A stretch of 32,000 nucleotides of DNA, from NCBI GenBank assembly GCA_039809905.1, contig JBDHVY010000001.1:480001-512000 (forward strand), given 5' to 3'. The translations under genes were made by a program, and so were the position numbers. Positions within the stretch are counted from its first letter, which is position 1, and every line of letters begins with the position of its first letter. The DNA is from Candidatus Babelota bacterium (GTDB taxonomy: Bacteria; Babelota; Babeliae; Babelales; Vermiphilaceae). The notes under the pieces are model-generated. The model had not been told where the DNA came from. It searched no databases and worked only from the letters and a program-made list of their open reading frames with translations. Below are positions 1 to 8,597 of this stretch, one piece after another.

Positions 1-24
1 GTTATTCATACGTGTTCCAAATAG

Positions 25-912
25 TTAGCTATTAGGTTTTTTAGCAAAAGAATCTACAATATTTTTAGCTGTTCCATCATAAGTTCCACCAGAATTTTTT
101 TTGGTGGCATTCAATTGCATATTTTGTGATCTCTCGGTCATACGCTTAGGATTCTGTTTATGAGCTTCACGCGTTATTGCTGGTTTATTCGCAGAATATA
201 AATGTGCAGTCTTAGGACGCGAAGTCTTAACAGGAGTAACAATATTTTGATCTGCAGGAGTATAAGCAGGAACATCTGCTAGAACTGGTTGTTTTGATGT
301 TTCTTTTTTTCTTCTTATAGTTTTTTCTTTTGGAAATGCTTTTGATAATTTTGGCACAACAACCACTTCTTCTTCAAGAAAACAGTCTTCTGCATTCTTT
401 ATAAAAGCATCTTTTGCCGCTAATTGCTGATTTGTTTGTTCATTGTATACTTCTTGTTCTGCCGCCCTTTTTGCATTCAATTGATTTTTTCTGAGTTGTT
501 TCTTTAAATCTTTTTCTGCTTGTATATCTCGTTGCTCTTTATCTTCTTTACGTTTTTTTTGCCCATCCGCAAAGTATTGCTGAGCTTCTTCATGGCGTTG
601 AAATACTACAACATCCTGATTAGCACGAGAAACACTCTTTGGCTTTTCTGTCTCTCTTGCTTGTGAATTAAAACGGACACGTTGTTCTTCTTCGACTATT
701 CTTTGCAGATGATCCAGCGATTGGGCAATAGGATGATCTTTGTCTTCTTTTTCTTGTTTGCGAGCATCTTTCAATATAATGACTCTAGACTCTTTATCGC
801 TCTTTGATCTTGTTGCTACCTGCGTTTTCTCACTGCCAAGCACACAAGAAACCGTTGCTATCATCATCAAAGCACACAAAGCTGTATGTTTTTTTATAGT
901 TCCAACCAACAT
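25..912 (-). CDS. Secreted or membrane-anchored Lys/Glu/Gln-rich hypothetical protein (295 aa from the internal ATG)
   Basis: Long ORF 25..993. I prefer the ATG at 910-912 because a G-run Shine-Dalgarno precedes it (C-run 920-926 on the + strand). It also gives a hydrophobic N-terminus, MLVGTIKKHTALCALMMIATVSCVLG. The rest is charged low-complexity sequence and I recognise no family. Confidence 0.7.
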   Translation of the reverse strand: MLVGTIKKHTALCALMMIATVSCVLGSEKTQVATRSKSDKESRVIILKDARKQEKEDKDHPIAQSLDHLQRIVEEEQRVRFNSQARETEKPKSVSRANQDVVVFQRHEEAQQYFADGQKKRKEDKEQRDIQAEKDLKKQLRKNQLNAKRAAEQEVYNEQTNQQLAAKDAFIKNAEDCFLEEEVVVVPKLSKAFPKEKTIRRKKETSKQPVLADVPAYTPADQNIVTPVKTSRPKTAHLYSANKPAITREAHKQNPKRMTERSQNMQLNATKKNSGGTYDGTAKNIVDSFAKKPNS

Positions 913-1156
913 AATATAACCCCCCCGAAAATATATACGATAAATAAATGATAAATAGAGTAGAACAAACAATGAACTACTATTGAATAGCATACTATAT
1001 TTTTAAAAAAAAACATCAAAAAGAAATCATTTACCTCAAAAACAATAAAAAAAAGACCATTTTATTATTTATTTCTATGCAAACCCAAAGAAATAAATAG
1101 CAAACAGTCATAAAATTTGATATATTACGTAAAAAGAATAACTTTATGGGGGTTTT

Positions 1157-3133
1157 GTGTCTTTATTTAAACTTCATACACCATTTCCACCAGCAGGCAG
1201 CCAGCCGGAAGCCATTAAACAGCTCCTGGAAGGTCGTCCTGGTATCTCAACTCTTTTAGGCGTTACTGGCTCAGGAAAAACCTATACCATCGCCAATGTT
1301 ATCGCTCAGCAAGATAAGCCTGTTTTGATTTTAGCTCCCAATAAAACCCTTGCTGCTCAGCTTTATGAAGAATTTTCACAATTCTTTCCTGAAAATAAGG
1401 TTTGTTATTTCGTCAGTTATTATGATTATTATCAGCCTGAATCATATATGCCTGCACAAGATATTTATATTCCTAAAGAAACAAAGGTAAATAGCGAAAT
1501 TGAGCGATTACGCCTTGAAGCAACAGCATCGCTTATTAATCGTAAAGATACTATTGTTATAGCTTCTGTTTCCTGTATTTATTCCCTTGGCAACCCTAAC
1601 GATTATCGAGATCTAGCATTGTCTCTTTCAGTAGGTCAAAAAATAACTCGTGCAGAATTATTGCGGCAACTTATATTTATTCAATACACCCGTAATGATA
1701 TTGAGGCCGCATCAGGCAGGTTTTCAGTGTTTGGAAATACAATAGACGTACATTTACCCTATCAAAAGGATAAACTTCGTATCGAGCTATTTGGCGATGA
1801 AATTGAAAATTTGCTATGGGTTAGCAAGCAGAATAATACCGTCATGCGCGAACTTGATAACACCATTATTTTTCCTGCAAAACACTTTGTAACAACAGAA
1901 GAAAGAAAACAAAGTGCGCTCGAAAGCATTCAAACAGAGCTTGATGATTGGCTACCACAGGTTGCAAATCCTATTTATCACGAACGCATCAAGCAACGCG
2001 TTTCTCATGATCTTGAAATGATCGAACAAACAGGATATTGTTCTGGTATTGAAAACTATTCTGTACACTTTGATGGTCGCAAAAAGGATGGTCATCCTTA
2101 TTCGCTTTTTGACTTTTTCCCTGATGATTTTTTACTGGTCATTGATGAATCGCATATGGCTATTTCGCAATTACGCGGCATGTATGCAGGCGATCAAGCA
2201 CGTAAAAAATCATTGGTTGATTTTGGTTTTCGATTACCAAGCGCCAAAGATAATCGGCCATTACAATTTGAAGAAATTGAAAAATACTTTAAAAACGTCA
2301 TTTTTGTTTCCGCAACTCCTGGTGATTATGAATTACAACATTCTGATCAGTTTGTAGAACAAATAATCCGACCAACAGGTCTTACAGATCCTATTATTGA
2401 AATTCATGGCCGCTCGGGACAAATTACTCATCTTATTGATTCTATTCAGAAAACAACTGCTGCAGGATACCGCTCATTGGTAATGGTTATGACCAAAAAG
2501 CTTGCAGAAGAATTGGCACGTTATTTAGAAGAGCAACAGATAAAGGTTTGTTATTTGCATAGTGATCTAAAAACACCACAACGGACGGAATTATTGCAAA
2601 AACTACGACTTGGTACTTTTGATTGCCTTGTGGGAGTTAATCTATTGCGTGAAGGAATTGATCTTCCTGAAGTTGCCCTTGTTGCAATCATGGATGCGGA
2701 TTTAGAAAGCTTTTTGCGCGATAAGCGTTCCCTCATTCAGATTATTGGCCGCGCGGCTCGTAATACTGATTCAAAAGTTGTCTTATATGCAGATAAAGTT
2801 ACAGGATCGATGAAATCGGCAATTAATGAAACCAACCGTAGAAGAACATTACAGCAAGACTACAACAAAAAACACGGTATTATACCACAAACAGTAAAGC
2901 GCGATGTGATCAAAAGCATCGTCAATATTCAAGAATTGATTGCACAAGCATCAAAATCTAAAAAACAAAAAAAACAAGAAGCCCTGGCTAAAATAGTAGT
3001 TGGTTCCATCGCTGAGCGCATTATAGCTTTGGAAGAACAAATGCAACAAGCTGCTGAACGGCTTGATTTTGAAACGGCAATTGCCTTGAGATCTGAATGG
3101 CAGGGCCTGAAGGCATCAAGCGATCGCGATTGA
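1157..3133 (+). CDS. uvrB: Excinuclease ABC subunit B (UvrB)
   Basis: 658 aa with a GTG start 6 nt after GGGGG. The N-terminus FKLHTPFPPAGSQPEAIKQLLEG aligns with the E. coli UvrB N-terminus. Walker A GVTGSGKT, a DESH helicase motif (VIDESHM) and a C-terminal UVR-type motif (LDFETAIALR) are present. Confidence 0.97.
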   Translation: MSLFKLHTPFPPAGSQPEAIKQLLEGRPGISTLLGVTGSGKTYTIANVIAQQDKPVLILAPNKTLAAQLYEEFSQFFPENKVCYFVSYYDYYQPESYMPAQDIYIPKETKVNSEIERLRLEATASLINRKDTIVIASVSCIYSLGNPNDYRDLALSLSVGQKITRAELLRQLIFIQYTRNDIEAASGRFSVFGNTIDVHLPYQKDKLRIELFGDEIENLLWVSKQNNTVMRELDNTIIFPAKHFVTTEERKQSALESIQTELDDWLPQVANPIYHERIKQRVSHDLEMIEQTGYCSGIENYSVHFDGRKKDGHPYSLFDFFPDDFLLVIDESHMAISQLRGMYAGDQARKKSLVDFGFRLPSAKDNRPLQFEEIEKYFKNVIFVSATPGDYELQHSDQFVEQIIRPTGLTDPIIEIHGRSGQITHLIDSIQKTTAAGYRSLVMVMTKKLAEELARYLEEQQIKVCYLHSDLKTPQRTELLQKLRLGTFDCLVGVNLLREGIDLPEVALVAIMDADLESFLRDKRSLIQIIGRAARNTDSKVVLYADKVTGSMKSAINETNRRRTLQQDYNKKHGIIPQTVKRDVIKSIVNIQELIAQASKSKKQKKQEALAKIVVGSIAERIIALEEQMQQAAERLDFETAIALRSEWQGLKASSDRD

Positions 3134-3198
3134 CAGATAGGAATTAATACTGTAAGCTAGAAAATGTAGTATTAAATCTCATTTTGCGGGATATTTCT

Positions 3199-3684
3199 AT
3201 GAAAACAAAGCAATTATTTCTTATTTTTTCTTTAATTTCAGTATTTTCATCATCATTAATCCTGAGTAGTGCATTCGAAAAAGAATGTATGCCTCAATTC
3301 TCCCTACAAGAATTACAAGAACACTACGAAGAAATAAAAAAAATAGTAGCAAATATAAAAAGTCATGAACATACAGATCCAAAAACAACCGCTGCTAACA
3401 AAAATTTAGTTGCAGCCGAGAAAAGATTAGATCGTATAGATCAGGAACTTGTGCATGCTAGAAATAAATGCTTCATTTATCGATGTTCATTCGGTCGATG
3501 GAACGAACAAGAAGATTGTATAAAAAGCAAAGAACTGTCTGAAGAATACGACAAAGCTTTGAATGATTATAAGCTTGCAAAAGATGATTATTCCTATGCA
3601 CAAGAACAATTTCTCAAGTCAATGAGACAAGAATCCGCAAACGTTGGCTATTGCATTAAACAGAGAAGATATAATAAATTATAA
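3199..3684 (+). CDS. Small secreted Cys-containing hypothetical protein, paralog A
   Basis: The ORF runs from TTG at 3184, but the ATG at 3199 gives the signal peptide MKTKQLFLIFSLISVFSSSLILSSA. It shares KECM, N(K/R)C, (E/A)QDC and C-I...(R/E)YN(K/E)L motifs with the ORF at 3871. Confidence 0.75.
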   Translation: MKTKQLFLIFSLISVFSSSLILSSAFEKECMPQFSLQELQEHYEEIKKIVANIKSHEHTDPKTTAANKNLVAAEKRLDRIDQELVHARNKCFIYRCSFGRWNEQEDCIKSKELSEEYDKALNDYKLAKDDYSYAQEQFLKSMRQESANVGYCIKQRRYNKL

Positions 3685-3718
3685 GTTTCTTAAAACTAAA
3701 ATCTAAGTCCACAAAAAA

Positions 3719-3751
3719 GGGTTTATGAAAAAAATTCATAAGCCTTTTTTT
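3719..3751 (+). terminator. Rho-independent terminator
   Basis: Stem 3720-3729 pairs with 3735-3744 (10 bp including one G.U) around an AAAAA loop. A T7 run follows at 3745-3751. Confidence 0.7.
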
Positions 3752-3870
3752 ATTGGCAAAAAATGCAATTCTTTGGCACAATAAAAACAAAAAATATTTA
3801 TGAATAGACAAAAGTTATTAAGTATTGAAAGAGTGAATCAAATGAAAACCAAAATAAAAGATTATAATCT

Positions 3871-4335
3871 ATGAAAAATATATCCATATCTTCACTTATT
3901 TTTACTTTAACCTTGGCAAGCGCCACTTCTCTACTATATTCCGATGAAATCGAACGACAAAAAGAATGCATGGCAGGAATACCATTAGAAGTTTTACGTG
4001 CAATGTATGCGGAAAAATTAAAAGAAGTTGAGCCAAGCCAAGCTTATCAAAAAAAAGAAGTTCGTCAAAAACAATTTGATGCAAAATATGCTGAATACAG
4101 CAAAGCAATGAATCGATGTCATGCATACAATAATTCTTACTTTGGTGAGCTTCTTGGCCATGGCAATGCACAAGACTGCTCACAAGCTCAAGAACTTAAA
4201 AAAGAATTATTAAGAGCGGGAGATGCTTTGCAATATTCAAAGAAGCAACTATCAGAAACGCAGAAAGATTTTCTTGATCTTTATACATGCATTCATGAAA
4301 GAGAATATAATGAATTGGTAGTCACACAAGATTAA
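3871..4335 (+). CDS. Small secreted Cys-containing hypothetical protein, paralog B
   Basis: 154 aa with signal peptide MKNISISSLIFTLTLASATSLLYS. It has the same four conserved Cys positions and the same C-terminal motif as the 3199..3684 product. Confidence 0.75.
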   Translation: MKNISISSLIFTLTLASATSLLYSDEIERQKECMAGIPLEVLRAMYAEKLKEVEPSQAYQKKEVRQKQFDAKYAEYSKAMNRCHAYNNSYFGELLGHGNAQDCSQAQELKKELLRAGDALQYSKKQLSETQKDFLDLYTCIHEREYNELVVTQD

Positions 4336-4358
4336 GTTTTTTATCATTTTATCAAGAG

Positions 4359-4398
4359 AAGGAGCTTGTCATAATATTGGCAAGCTCCTTGCGCTTTT
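4359..4398 (+). terminator. Putative rho-independent terminator
   Basis: AAGGAGCTTG (4359-4368) pairs with CAAGCTCCTT (4381-4390), a 10-bp perfect stem. It is followed by GCGCTTTT, a weak T tract. Confidence 0.5.
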
Positions 4399-4475
4399 CA
4401 AAGACCTGAAAGTATGTCAAGATTAAGATCAGTATAGAATGAAATATATAATGGAGCTCATAAATAGGAAATGTG

Positions 4476-6578
4476 ATGAGTAAACAAGTCTCTAAGTTGC
4501 TGCTGTGCAGTCTAGCCATTATATTTTTGGTAACGCTCAGCTATTGTTCAAAAACACAGGATATAAAAATGATTAATAAAGCATTTAATACACAAGATAT
4601 CATTTCTCTTTTTGCCATCACTACTGATGATATCACCACAAAAACACCTCTTTATATGACGCAAGCAAAAGATATTATTGATACCATAATCGCTCTTTCT
4701 GATCAAGAACGCACCTATGCTAACACTGCACGCCCATTAGATGAAGTTGTATCTCTTTCTAATTTGGCGATTGCACAAAACCTGTACTCATCTCTTGAAA
4801 TACTTCACCCCGATGAAAACATTCGCAATGCTGCACACGATGCGTATATCACCATCCAAGCATTTTGGGTTGATCATGTAGTAAGCAATAAAGCTCTTTA
4901 TAATGCATTTATGGCCTATGCATCACAGCAACGTGAAAACGAAGGTCTTTCTGCTCAACAACGCTATTTCATTAATGATACGATTGACTCATTTAAACGA
5001 GAAGGCTTATCATTACCCGATGAAACATTAGCTCAAGTTAATGTATTGCGCAAAGAATTGGCCGCACTTTCAGCAGATTTTGAACGCAATATTGCACAAG
5101 ATAATAAATCAATTACCGTAAAACGTGATGAGCTTAGAGATTTGGGTGATGATTTTATTGCAACTCTTAAACAAACAGAAGATGGACTTTATATTCTGGG
5201 CATCGATTATCCTACCTATTTTAGGGTCATGGAAAATTGCTCAGTAGCAGAAACGCGGAAAAAATTATACTTAGCATTTAGTAATCGAGCATATCCAATA
5301 AATGATGAGATACTCAAAAAATTTATCAGCAAACGTGATGAACTTGCACGTCTTTTGGGATATATCGATTATGCTCATTGCGAAATTGATGGCCAAATGG
5401 CTGCAACGCCTGAACGAGTACAAGCTTTTATTAATGATTTAATGCAACGCGCCACGATAAAAACAGAACAAGAATTTGCTCTATTAACACAATCACTACC
5501 TACATCTGTGCAACTTACTGCTGATGGCAAAATCCAGCCATGGGATATTGCCTATCTTCAGAATATGTATAAAAAAACAAATTTTAATCTTGATGAACAA
5601 AAAATAGCTGAATATTTTCCTATGCAAAAAACAGTTGATGAATTGCTTGATATTTATCGTCAGTTTTTCAGTATAGAATTTCAAGAAGAACAGGCTACTG
5701 GCTTATGGCATGAAGATGTAACCGTTGTTCGTGTACTGAATAAGGAACGCGATCAGCTACTCGGTACACTTTTACTTGATCTTTATCCGCGTCCAAACAA
5801 ATACAACCATGCTGCACATACAACTATTATTCCAAGCACTTATAAACCCGATGGTTCTCGCATTCCTGATGTTTCAATTGTTATTGCCAATTTTACTAAA
5901 TCAACCGCAACACAGCCATCGTTACTTAAACGATCTGAGGTTGAAACATTCTTCCATGAGTTTGGTCATGCATTGCATGCCGTTTTAGGAGCAACAGAAA
6001 TAGCGTCTTTATCAGGAACTCATACAAAAACAGATTTTGTTGAGCTACCATCACAAATGCTAGAAGAATGGCTTATAGATAAAGATATGCTCAAAAAAGT
6101 AAGTGGTCATTATCTCACAGGACAACAATTACCTGATGATATCATTGATACTATTATTAAACTTAAAAATCTAACCAGCGGTTATTTTGTTACCCGTCAA
6201 ACATATCTTGCAAGTCTATCTCTTTCCTATTTTGATAGCGAAAAAGATAAAAACCCTCATGCTATTATGGAACAATTACATGAACAGATCATGAAGCCGA
6301 GCGCATTTTGCAAAGACAATCATTTTTATGCCTCTTTTGGTCACTTAACTGGTGGTTATGGAGCTAAGTATTATAGTTACTTATGGTCATTAGTATTTGC
6401 ACTCGATATTTTTGCAACCATCAAAAAACATGGTCTTTTAAATCCTGAAATTGGTCAAAAATATATTAAAGAAATTCTGAGCAAAGGTGGCGCTCAAGAT
6501 CCTAATGAATTGTTGTATAATTTCTTAGGTAGAGAGCCTAATTCCCAGGCATTTTTTGAAGAAATGGGATTAAAATAG
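4476..6578 (+). CDS. M3-family zinc metallopeptidase (oligopeptidase A / thimet oligopeptidase / Dcp-like) with N-terminal signal or anchor
   Basis: About 700 aa with the HEFGH zinc motif (FFHEFGHALHAV) and a downstream E (FVELPSQMLEEW) typical of M3. The hydrophobic N-terminus is LLLCSLAIIFLVTLSYC. The start could be GTG 4473 or ATG 4476. Confidence 0.93.
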   Translation: MSKQVSKLLLCSLAIIFLVTLSYCSKTQDIKMINKAFNTQDIISLFAITTDDITTKTPLYMTQAKDIIDTIIALSDQERTYANTARPLDEVVSLSNLAIAQNLYSSLEILHPDENIRNAAHDAYITIQAFWVDHVVSNKALYNAFMAYASQQRENEGLSAQQRYFINDTIDSFKREGLSLPDETLAQVNVLRKELAALSADFERNIAQDNKSITVKRDELRDLGDDFIATLKQTEDGLYILGIDYPTYFRVMENCSVAETRKKLYLAFSNRAYPINDEILKKFISKRDELARLLGYIDYAHCEIDGQMAATPERVQAFINDLMQRATIKTEQEFALLTQSLPTSVQLTADGKIQPWDIAYLQNMYKKTNFNLDEQKIAEYFPMQKTVDELLDIYRQFFSIEFQEEQATGLWHEDVTVVRVLNKERDQLLGTLLLDLYPRPNKYNHAAHTTIIPSTYKPDGSRIPDVSIVIANFTKSTATQPSLLKRSEVETFFHEFGHALHAVLGATEIASLSGTHTKTDFVELPSQMLEEWLIDKDMLKKVSGHYLTGQQLPDDIIDTIIKLKNLTSGYFVTRQTYLASLSLSYFDSEKDKNPHAIMEQLHEQIMKPSAFCKDNHFYASFGHLTGGYGAKYYSYLWSLVFALDIFATIKKHGLLNPEIGQKYIKEILSKGGAQDPNELLYNFLGREPNSQAFFEEMGLK

Positions 6579-6583
6579 CCAAA
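6537..6583 (+). repeat. Direct repeat copy 1 (covers the last 14 codons plus stop of the M3 peptidase)
   Basis: cctaattcccaggcattttttgaagaaatgggattaaaatagccaaa. It matches 7721..7778 apart from a few substitutions, a 1-nt indel and an approximately 10-nt insertion in copy 2. Confidence 0.8.
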
Positions 6584-6601
6584 TTCCAGCACAATTCTAC
6601 A

Positions 6602-6667
6602 TTATGCTACAAAAGCAAAAAAAGATCCTGTTTTTATGCAGGATCTTTTTTTGCTTTTGTAGCATAA
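6602..6667. repeat. Perfect 29-bp inverted repeat (long hairpin, 8-nt loop); possible terminator
   Basis: ttatgctacaaaagcaaaaaaagatcctg (6602-6630) is the exact reverse complement of caggatctttttttgcttttgtagcataa (6639-6667). Confidence 0.9.
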
Positions 6668-6726
6668 TAACAATATAGTTAAACAGTAAACTAAATATAA
6701 AAAATATATTATTTTAGAAAGCTTCA

Positions 6727-7725
6727 ATGAACAAATTGACAGTAAGTAATTTGCTTATACTCCTCAGTGCATCAATAGCAAGTTTTGGTGCGCAGCCCCA
6801 ATCTATCGCTATGGACGAACCTTTGTCTCAAATATCTTGGAATAATGTATATAAACTTTCTCGCCACAGCAATGCATATAAGCCATTCAATATTAGTGAA
6901 ATACCTGCAAATACTCCCACAAGCCCCAATGATATTTTACCTAAAAAGCCCTATTATAAAGGAACTTTAAAAAAAAATAGCCAGCAAACACAAAACAAAG
7001 AATCTGACTTTTTTATTCAAATAACTTCTTCAGTCGAATTCAAATGTGGAATTCGTATAGAAATGCCTTACAGAGGGATCCTGCCACTGCTTGTTCCTAT
7101 ATTTCTAACACCCTCTCAAGCAGAATTAATGGCAAAAAAGCGCTACCAGCATCCAGATTTTAGGGCGTTCGATGACAATAAAACTCTTTATATGATTCAT
7201 GAAGTCAACATTGAAACCAAGCCCTATAAAAATAACATTGAAATCTTAGCACAAAAACCATCTCAACAAGAGCTTGCCAACATTATTTTTCATGAATCTG
7301 CCATACTCAATATAGAACAAGATAAGAATTGGATTGGAATTAAGTACACAGATTTATCTCATTGGAGCAATCGCAAAGCAAAAACAAAATGGATAAGTAA
7401 AGATAAAAACATTACCGATGTATCATCATTATTGCAACTCATTCATGAATATAGAAAGCAACAAAAGCCCTATTTCATGATTCTATCCAACAGCATTACT
7501 AACAAAAAAATTTGTTTTGAAATAGTAAATACCATAGGGACCACAGAGATCAAAAGCAAAAAAACAGAAATAAAACAGCAGACCGAAAAATCCTATTTCG
7601 TACCAATCATTACAGTAATTACCATAACTGGCTTAATGATTGTTGCACTACAACGCTATAATTATGTATCAGAAAACATTATGAACATATTTCATATTCT
7701 GCTGCCAGAAAGACAAAAAGTCTAA
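6727..7725 (+). CDS. Hypothetical protein with N-terminal signal peptide and C-terminal TM anchor
   Basis: 332 aa. The N-terminus is MNKLTVSNLLILLSASIASFGA and the C-terminal hydrophobic span is YFVPIITVITITGLMIVAL. No family recognised. Confidence 0.7.
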   Translation: MNKLTVSNLLILLSASIASFGAQPQSIAMDEPLSQISWNNVYKLSRHSNAYKPFNISEIPANTPTSPNDILPKKPYYKGTLKKNSQQTQNKESDFFIQITSSVEFKCGIRIEMPYRGILPLLVPIFLTPSQAELMAKKRYQHPDFRAFDDNKTLYMIHEVNIETKPYKNNIEILAQKPSQQELANIIFHESAILNIEQDKNWIGIKYTDLSHWSNRKAKTKWISKDKNITDVSSLLQLIHEYRKQQKPYFMILSNSITNKKICFEIVNTIGTTEIKSKKTEIKQQTEKSYFVPIITVITITGLMIVALQRYNYVSENIMNIFHILLPERQKV

Positions 7726-7778
7726 CTTCCCCATAAAACCAAGTATTTTTTGAAAAAATGGGATTTAAAATAGTCAAA
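7721..7778 (+). repeat. Direct repeat copy 2 (relic of the peptidase 3' end)
   Basis: tctaacttccccataaaaccaagtattttttgaaaaaatgggatttaaaatagtcaaa. In the peptidase-equivalent frame it reads FFEKMGFK, against FFEEMGLK* in copy 1. A 1-nt insertion removes the stop. Confidence 0.8.
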
Positions 7779-7800
7779 AATATCGTTACAATGGCCCTCT

Positions 7801-7829
7801 TTGACAACCATCTGTATTTCAGATAGAAT
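7801..7829 (+). promoter_or_regulatory. Sigma-70-type promoter
   Basis: TTGACA (7801-7806), a 17-nt spacer, then TAGAAT (7824-7829). It lies about 50 nt upstream of the 7880 ORF, which has a GGGGGG Shine-Dalgarno. Confidence 0.65.
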
Positions 7830-7879
7830 TATAGAGAAATCAAAAATAGTATCTATAATAAGCTCAAGGGGGGGCTATT

Positions 7880-8107
7880 ATGTTTAATAGAAGTATTTTA
7901 TTCATTGCATGTATAGCATCAACAGGCATTTTTGCAACGCCTATTGCTCAAAAACCCAAATTATACGATTTATCGATAAAATCGCCTAGAAATAAACTTT
8001 TTATAGAAATCAGCAAAATATGCTATAAAAAAGCTCTTGAAAAAGCTGATTTGAAAGGCAAAGAATTGGTCTCCTGGTTTATTGAAAAATTAAATATCAA
8101 AAAATAA
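7880..8107 (+). CDS. Small secreted hypothetical protein
   Basis: 75 aa with a strong Shine-Dalgarno (aagggggggctattATG) and signal-like N-terminus MFNRSILFIACIASTGIFA. Confidence 0.65.
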   Translation: MFNRSILFIACIASTGIFATPIAQKPKLYDLSIKSPRNKLFIEISKICYKKALEKADLKGKELVSWFIEKLNIKK

Positions 8108-8118
8108 GGAATATTTTT

Positions 8119-8562
8119 ATGAATATAAGAAATACAGTTCTTTCACTGATAATTTTCGGTTCAGCTTTTATCAATTTTGATATAAAAACAATAGACACCC
8201 ATACAGATCTTTCTAAAAAATCAGAGTGGTCAAAGTTGCATAAAGCCTATGCAACATCATTAGTCTCTGGTGCATTGATTGGTTCTTTTACCAGTATTCT
8301 TTCTGTATGTGCTTCTTGTAAGGCTTACAATATGTTTATCAAAAAAACCGATTCGCCTAATGCTTTTCTCATAACATTCATTACTATTCTTTCCGCAGAA
8401 TACAATTTGCGAAACAGACTTGTTACTGGATTAAACGAAAGCTTTAAAGATTATTCTATAGAAAACAAGCCAAATGTAACATCTGATATGGCATGGATAG
8501 CATCATGGATTGCATTCTTTTCTATCGATCCATTGATGGAAAAATACATTCTTAATAAGTAA
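8119..8562 (+). CDS. Hypothetical multi-pass membrane protein
   Basis: 147 aa, starting 11 nt after the previous stop (operonic), with several hydrophobic spans. Confidence 0.65.
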   Translation: MNIRNTVLSLIIFGSAFINFDIKTIDTHTDLSKKSEWSKLHKAYATSLVSGALIGSFTSILSVCASCKAYNMFIKKTDSPNAFLITFITILSAEYNLRNRLVTGLNESFKDYSIENKPNVTSDMAWIASWIAFFSIDPLMEKYILNK

Positions 8563-8595
8563 AAAAACAGGGGACTCAAAAGTCCCCTGTTTTTT
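8561..8595. terminator. Bidirectional rho-independent terminator
   Basis: ACAGGGGACT (8567-8576) pairs with AGTCCCCTGT (8581-8590), a perfect 10-bp stem. It is flanked by an A7 and a T5 run and sits between convergent genes. Confidence 0.85.
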
Positions 8596-8597
8596 AC

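Noticed and set aside
2049-2736. ORFs 2049..2357 (+) and 2551..2736 (-) inside uvrB
   Set aside because: These are alternative-frame or antisense shadows of a confidently identified gene, with low-complexity, biased composition.
3753-3790. Sigma-54-like TGGCA...TGCA and TTGGCAC elements upstream of the second paralog
   Set aside because: The GG-to-GC spacing is 8 nt rather than the required 10. The TTGGCAC copy lacks a downstream TTGC element.
6676-6690. GTTAAAC after the long hairpin as an integron attC R' core (GTTRRRY)
   Set aside because: The hairpin is perfectly paired with no extrahelical bases. No RYYYAAC inverse core or integron integrase is nearby. A 7-mer match is expected by chance in AT-rich DNA.
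3902-6970. Nested ORFs 3902..4183 (-), 5496..5684 (-), 5776..5988 (+), 6785..6970 (+)
   Set aside because: All lie wholly within better-supported longer ORFs on another frame or strand. None has a Shine-Dalgarno or a recognisable motif.
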